Shown: positions 59,767-64,000 of the stretch, piece after piece
Numbering within the stretch: the stretch's first letter is position 1
Layout: the number at the start of each line of letters is the position of its first letter
Notes under the pieces: model-generated
The model's database searches: none
The model's input: the letters and a program-made list of their open reading frames with translations, nothing else
What the model was told of the DNA's origin: nothing
Made by a program: the position numbers and the translations under genes
Assembly (NCBI GenBank): GCA_045646345.1
Contig: JAZRKN010000006.1
Span: forward strand, 49,963-113,962
DNA: 64,000 nucleotides
Source of the DNA: Candidatus Scatovivens sp.
Lineage (GTDB): Bacteria; Bacillota; Clostridia; TANB77; CAG-508
Direction: 5' to 3'

Positions 59767-60720
59767 TTATCTCATTAAATAAGAGAAAATTACTGAACTT
59801 AATTTTAAACTATTATGTTTAATTGTTCCATCACTTGTAGTTAATAAATCATCCTCAATAAGTTCATATTTAGCTTTTTTAATATTTTCATAATCTATTG
59901 GAACCTGATCTTTTTGTTCTTCTGTTTCATATTTTTCAAGCATTTCTTTAGGAATATCCGTATTACTTGCTATAACAACATCTATCGCATTTTCTCCCAA
60001 ATATTGTTCTAATACTTTAATGTGATCACTTACTCCAAATCCATCAGTTTCACCTGGTTGAGTCATTGCATTACATATGTACATAACTTTTGCTTTAGCT
60101 TTTTTTATTGCTTCAACTACATCTTTGCAAATTATGTGTGGCATTACGCTTGTATAAAGGCTTCCTATACTTAAAATTATCAAATCTGCCTCTGCAATAG
60201 CATCAAATACTTCTGGTAATATATGAGGTTCTTCTTTGTAGAAGAATTTTTTGTATTTCATATTTGCTTTTGTAATCTCTTCTTCTCCCTCAATTACAGT
60301 TCCGTCTGTAGCTTCTCCCATTAATGTTAAGCAATCTTCTGAAAGTGGTAAAACTTTATGTTTTACGTCTAAAATCTTACTTAAATATTGAATACTTTTT
60401 TGCAGACTTCCAGTTTCTCTAATTAATGATGTTAAAACTAAATTTCCAAGTGCATGACCATTTAATTCACTATATGTAGATAATCTATATTCCATAACAT
60501 CTCTAACTTCATCTGGTAATGTAGATAAGCTACTTAAAACTTTTCTAATATCACCAACAGCTGGTGTTGAGAATTCTTTTCTTAATCTACCTGTACTACT
60601 TCCATCATCAGATACTGTAATAACTGCCGTTATATCAACAGGGAAATATTTCAATCCTTTTAATACAAATGAAGTTCCAGTTCCTCCACCTAGTATTACT
60701 ATTTTTTTGTTTTTTTGCAT
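59767..60720 (-). CDS. yvcK: YvcK/GlmR family (gluconeogenesis factor) protein
   Basis: GGGTG, DDGSSTG.LR, GHALGNL, GSLYTS, MTQPGET. Confidence 0.9.
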   Translation of the reverse strand: MQKNKKIVILGGGTGTSFVLKGLKYFPVDITAVITVSDDGSSTGRLRKEFSTPAVGDIRKVLSSLSTLPDEVRDVMEYRLSTYSELNGHALGNLVLTSLIRETGSLQKSIQYLSKILDVKHKVLPLSEDCLTLMGEATDGTVIEGEEEITKANMKYKKFFYKEEPHILPEVFDAIAEADLIILSIGSLYTSVMPHIICKDVVEAIKKAKAKVMYICNAMTQPGETDGFGVSDHIKVLEQYLGENAIDVVIASNTDIPKEMLEKYETEEQKDQVPIDYENIKKAKYELIEDDLLTTSDGTIKHNSLKLSSVIFSYLMR

Positions 60721-60782
60721 AATCTATCACTCCTTGACAATAAGTATTACTATATTTTATTCATACTTATTTTAAATGTCAC

Positions 60783-61382
60783 TTAGATTTCGCTTCTACC
60801 TTCTAAAGCTTTTGTAAGAGTTATTTCATCTGTATATTCTAAATCTCCACCAACTGGAATTCCTCTAGCAATTCTTGTTGCTTTAACTCCTAATGGTTTT
60901 ACAAGTTTTGAAATATACATTGAAGTAGCCTCTCCCTCAACTCTTGGATTTGTAGCAAGAATAATTTCTTTTACATTTCCTTCCATAATTCTTGTCAAAA
61001 GTTCTTTTATTTTTATATCATCTGGACCAACTCCATTCATTGGAGAAATTGAACCATGTAAGACATGATATACTCCATTAAATTCATGAGTTCTTTCCAT
61101 TGCTATAACATCTCTTACATCTTCTACAACACATATAATTGATTCATCTCTTTTTGGATTTGAACAAATATTACATGGATCTGTATCAGATATATTGAAA
61201 CATTTTGAACAAAAATGTAAGCTTCTTTTTGCATTTAGTATAGAGTTTGTAAATTCTTCAGCTTCTTCATTTGATAAATCTAACATATAAAACGCTAATC
61301 TTTGAGCTGTTTTATGCCCTATACTTGGCAACTTTTCAAAACTTTCTATTAATTTTTCTATTGAAGGTGAGTAATATGACAT
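60783..61382 (-). CDS. recR: Recombination protein RecR
   Basis: LPSIG.KTAQRLA, C4 zinc finger, [21 protein letters not shown]. Confidence 0.97.
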   Translation of the reverse strand: MSYYSPSIEKLIESFEKLPSIGHKTAQRLAFYMLDLSNEEAEEFTNSILNAKRSLHFCSKCFNISDTDPCNICSNPKRDESIICVVEDVRDVIAMERTHEFNGVYHVLHGSISPMNGVGPDDIKIKELLTRIMEGNVKEIILATNPRVEGEATSMYISKLVKPLGVKATRIARGIPVGGDLEYTDEITLTKALEGRSEI

Positions 61383-61410
61383 TTTCTTTTCCTTTACCTA
61401 AAAATTACTT

Positions 61411-61755
61411 TTACATTAATCCTGGAATATTGTATTTTCCAAGTTGAGCCGCTTGTGCTTCATCTACTTTTCTTAAAGCTTCATTTACTGAAGTTAAAAT
61501 TAAATCTTGTAGCATTTCAACATCATCTGGATCAACAGCATCTTTTTGTAATTTAATTTCTCTTAAAACTTTATTTCCATTAACTTTTACATATACTGCT
61601 CCACCACCTGCTGTTGCTTCAAATTCTCTTGACCCTAATTCTTCTTGAGATTTTTCCATATCTGCTTGCATTTTTTTGGCTTCTTTCATTAATTGGTTAA
61701 TGTTCATTCCTCCGAAGCCTCCCATTCCTCCTGGAAATCCTCCTCTTTTACCCAT
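61411..61755 (-). CDS. ybaB: YbaB/EbfC nucleoid-associated protein
   Basis: AGGGAV.V...G, DPDDVEMLQDLI; lies between dnaX and recR. Confidence 0.95.
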   Translation of the reverse strand: MGKRGGFPGGMGGFGGMNINQLMKEAKKMQADMEKSQEELGSREFEATAGGGAVYVKVNGNKVLREIKLQKDAVDPDDVEMLQDLILTSVNEALRKVDEAQAAQLGKYNIPGLM

Positions 61756-61774
61756 TTTTATATCCTCCTTAAAA

Positions 61775-63376
61775 TTATTCTATTATATTTATATCTATTC
61801 CTAAATCTTTTATTGGCGATTTAGTTTCTTGAGTAGCTGGTTTATTTGCTACTTTACCGTCTTTAAATTTTATATGAATTTCTTTTCCTGTAATTTTAAA
61901 AATTTCTTGTTTTATTTCATTTTGATTATTAACATCTTCTAGTATTCTTTGATTAAATGATGTTAAACCATTTGGAAATTCCACTTCCCATACTAAATCA
62001 TTTAAAATATTCAATCTTGAATTTATTAAAGATGTATACAATCTTAATTTCCCATTTCTTTTTAATGCCTCAATTACTCTTTTCCAAGTATCTTGAGAAC
62101 CTCCTGCAGGTTTTGGGCTTACAGTATCTCTTTTTTCTTCTACAGAATCTTTTCTGTTTTCAGTAGCAACTGGTCTTGACATTTCTTCGACTCCAGTCAT
62201 TGAAACTGTTCCAAATTTCATATTGGCAACTTTATTTTCTAGTTCTTCAATTCTTTTTAAAAGTGAACTACCTCCACAATTAGAATTTGATGAAATAACT
62301 TCATCTCTACAAGCTTTTATAATTCCAGTTTGGAACATAATAGTTTTTTGAGATGACCATTTTATATCATTTTCTAAATCTGATAATTGATAAATTATCT
62401 CTAATAATCTTTGTTCACTTGAAATATCAGCTAGTCTTTTTATTTCTTCAATTTCATTTGCTGAATAAAGGGCTAGCGAATTAGTTGTTTTATAAACCAA
62501 TATATCTTTAAAATATTTTATAACTTCCCACAAAAAATTATACAAATCTTTTCCATCATTTATTACATCATCTATAGCTTCTAATGATTTTATTGTATCT
62601 TTTTCTAATATTCCACGAGCAAGTTTATTTATATAATCTAAACTTGGCAAACCCACTAATTCTTTTACTTCTTCTATTGTTATATTTTCTGAATTTTCTT
62701 GACTACATCTTTCCAATATACTAATTGCATCTCTCATATGTCCTTCTGAAAGAACTGCAATTATCTTTAATGCTTCATCATCAACTTTAATATCAGCCCC
62801 TTCACATATAATATTTAATCTTTTTATTATATCTGGTTCTGCTATCTTTTTAAAATCGAATCTTTGACATCTTGAAAGAATTGTTGTTGGTAATTTTTGT
62901 GGTTCTGTTGTTGCTAAAATAAATTTAACATGTGATGGTGGTTCTTCTAGTGTTTTTAAAAGCGCATTAAAAGCACCTGTAGAAAGCATATGAACCTCAT
63001 CTATGATATATACTCTATATTTTGCTTTTGTTGGTAAAAAGTTTACTTCATCTCTAATTGATCTAATGTCTTCAACACTATTATTTGATGCAGCATCCAT
63101 TTCTACTACATCGGTAAGAGATCCTTCTAAAATTTCTTTGCATATCTCACATTCATTACAAGGTTCTCCCTCTTGTGGATTCAAACAATTTACTACTCTT
63201 GCTAATATTTTAGCAGAAGTTGTTTTTCCTGTTCCTCTACCACCATTGAATAAATAAGCATGTCCTACCCTATTTGCTATTATTTGATTCCTTAGCGTTC
63301 TTGTTATATGTTCTTGACCAACCATTTCACCAAATGATTGTGGTCTAAATTTCCTATAAAGCGCTGTGTACCCCAC
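61775..63376 (-). CDS. dnaX: DNA polymerase III tau/gamma subunit
   Basis: GTG start at 63376 (the ORF-track start lies inside the SRP RNA). ALYRKFRP, GTGKTT, DEVHMLS, TILSRCQ. Confidence 0.97.
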   Translation of the reverse strand: MGYTALYRKFRPQSFGEMVGQEHITRTLRNQIIANRVGHAYLFNGGRGTGKTTSAKILARVVNCLNPQEGEPCNECEICKEILEGSLTDVVEMDAASNNSVEDIRSIRDEVNFLPTKAKYRVYIIDEVHMLSTGAFNALLKTLEEPPSHVKFILATTEPQKLPTTILSRCQRFDFKKIAEPDIIKRLNIICEGADIKVDDEALKIIAVLSEGHMRDAISILERCSQENSENITIEEVKELVGLPSLDYINKLARGILEKDTIKSLEAIDDVINDGKDLYNFLWEVIKYFKDILVYKTTNSLALYSANEIEEIKRLADISSEQRLLEIIYQLSDLENDIKWSSQKTIMFQTGIIKACRDEVISSNSNCGGSSLLKRIEELENKVANMKFGTVSMTGVEEMSRPVATENRKDSVEEKRDTVSPKPAGGSQDTWKRVIEALKRNGKLRLYTSLINSRLNILNDLVWEVEFPNGLTSFNQRILEDVNNQNEIKQEIFKITGKEIHIKFKDGKVANKPATQETKSPIKDLGIDINIIE

Positions 63377-63402
63377 TTTATCACATCCTTTATACCTAAA
63401 AA

Positions 63403-63542
63403 ATGGTGTGAGTGTCAATCTCTCTATGGAAAACAATTCTCACATAAAAGTATCTACTTATTGCTGCTTCCTTCCGGACCTGACAAGGTTCATAGGCTCC
63501 TATTGAGCTTGCTTTCCATACAGAGGTCAACCCTCATACCAT
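63403..63542 (-). ncRNA. ffs: Signal recognition particle RNA (short form, about 140 nt)
   Basis: Conserved S-domain GAACCTTGTCAGGTCCGGAAGGAAGCAGCAATAAG; ends pair (ATGGTATGAG/CTCACACCAT) before a T-run; TTGCAA-N17-TATAAT promoter; upstream of dnaX. Confidence 0.93.
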
Positions 63543-63585
63543 TGTTATTATATAATGTAATTATGAATTTTGCAAGTGCTTTTCG

Positions 63586-64000
63586 TTAATTTTCAATTCT
63601 TTTGAAAACAATATCTTCCAATTCTGTAATATCTTTTCCTGAAACTCCTTTTTCTATTATTTGTTCTGATGGAACATCCAATTTAATTGTTGCTTGATAT
63701 TTCTTCCCACTTGTTAATTTTATTGTTAATTCAAATTCTAAATTTGTTTTTAAATCTTCTTGTGTTATATTAGTTAATTTTAATAATTGACTATGGTCAA
63801 TTTGTTCATCTGTTTCAGATATATATTGTGATATATTATTTATTCCATATCTAAATGCTACAATTCCACCTTGATTAGATATTTTTTGTTCTTTTATATT
63901 TGATTCCAATTCACCAATATAAGTAATTTCTGTTATTTCATTTTCTATAGCATTTATGAACATTCTTTTATCGTCTACAACGGGTTTGTATAATTTTATT
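63586..64000 (-). CDS. Hypothetical protein, C-terminal part (frame open to the window edge)
   Basis: No in-frame stop between 63963 and 64000. Confidence 0.7.
   Translation of the reverse strand, partial: IKLYKPVVDDKRMFINAIENEITEITYIGELESNIKEQKISNQGGIVAFRYGINNISQYISETDEQIDHSQLLKLTNITQEDLKTNLEFELTIKLTSGKKYQATIKLDVPSEQIIEKGVSGKDITELEDIVFKRIEN

Noticed and set aside
62128-62140. AAAAAAG run in dnaX like the E. coli slippery site
   Set aside because: Wrong frame (GAA AAA AGA rather than A AAA AAG).
63377-63436. 20-aa N-terminal extension of DnaX given by the ORF track
   Set aside because: It starts inside the SRP RNA; the GTG at 63376 has an RBS and matches the conserved N-terminus.

Overview
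A 64-kb chromosomal window from an AT-rich, probably spore-forming Clostridia-like bacterium (lineage inferred from gene content). Most genes lie on the minus strand and are housekeeping: a split dcw cluster (mraZ-rsmH-ftsL, spoVD-like PBP, murE-mraY), ldh, mscL, ktrAB, prs, nrdDG, rpsU, a PASTA PBP, lepB-holB-ricT-mtaD, walR/walK, yvcK and SRP RNA-dnaX-ybaB-recR. Sporulation-type genes are dacB-like, SH3-CAP and cwlD. Accessory content includes a 2671-aa cyclic beta-1,2-glucan synthase-like protein, a thioester-domain adhesin next to an Ig-repeat protein/GGDEF operon, a sortase and several self-contained orphan genes. I saw no tRNA, rRNA, CRISPR, transposase or phage genes. The strongest unexplained signal is an array of 11 TACNAAAGA-like motifs inside the mraZ-rsmH spacer, bracketed by an inverted repeat; exact copies recur in three 5' leaders. 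Other leads are a short Alu-less SRP RNA, a candidate SD-stimulated -1 frameshift in dnaX, two SD-hairpin-ATG initiation regions, a forespore-type promoter on the glucan synthase, an MNQIL N-terminal tag shared by two unrelated membrane proteins, and several catalytically degenerate folds. All calls come from reading motifs by eye; no searches or folding programs were run.
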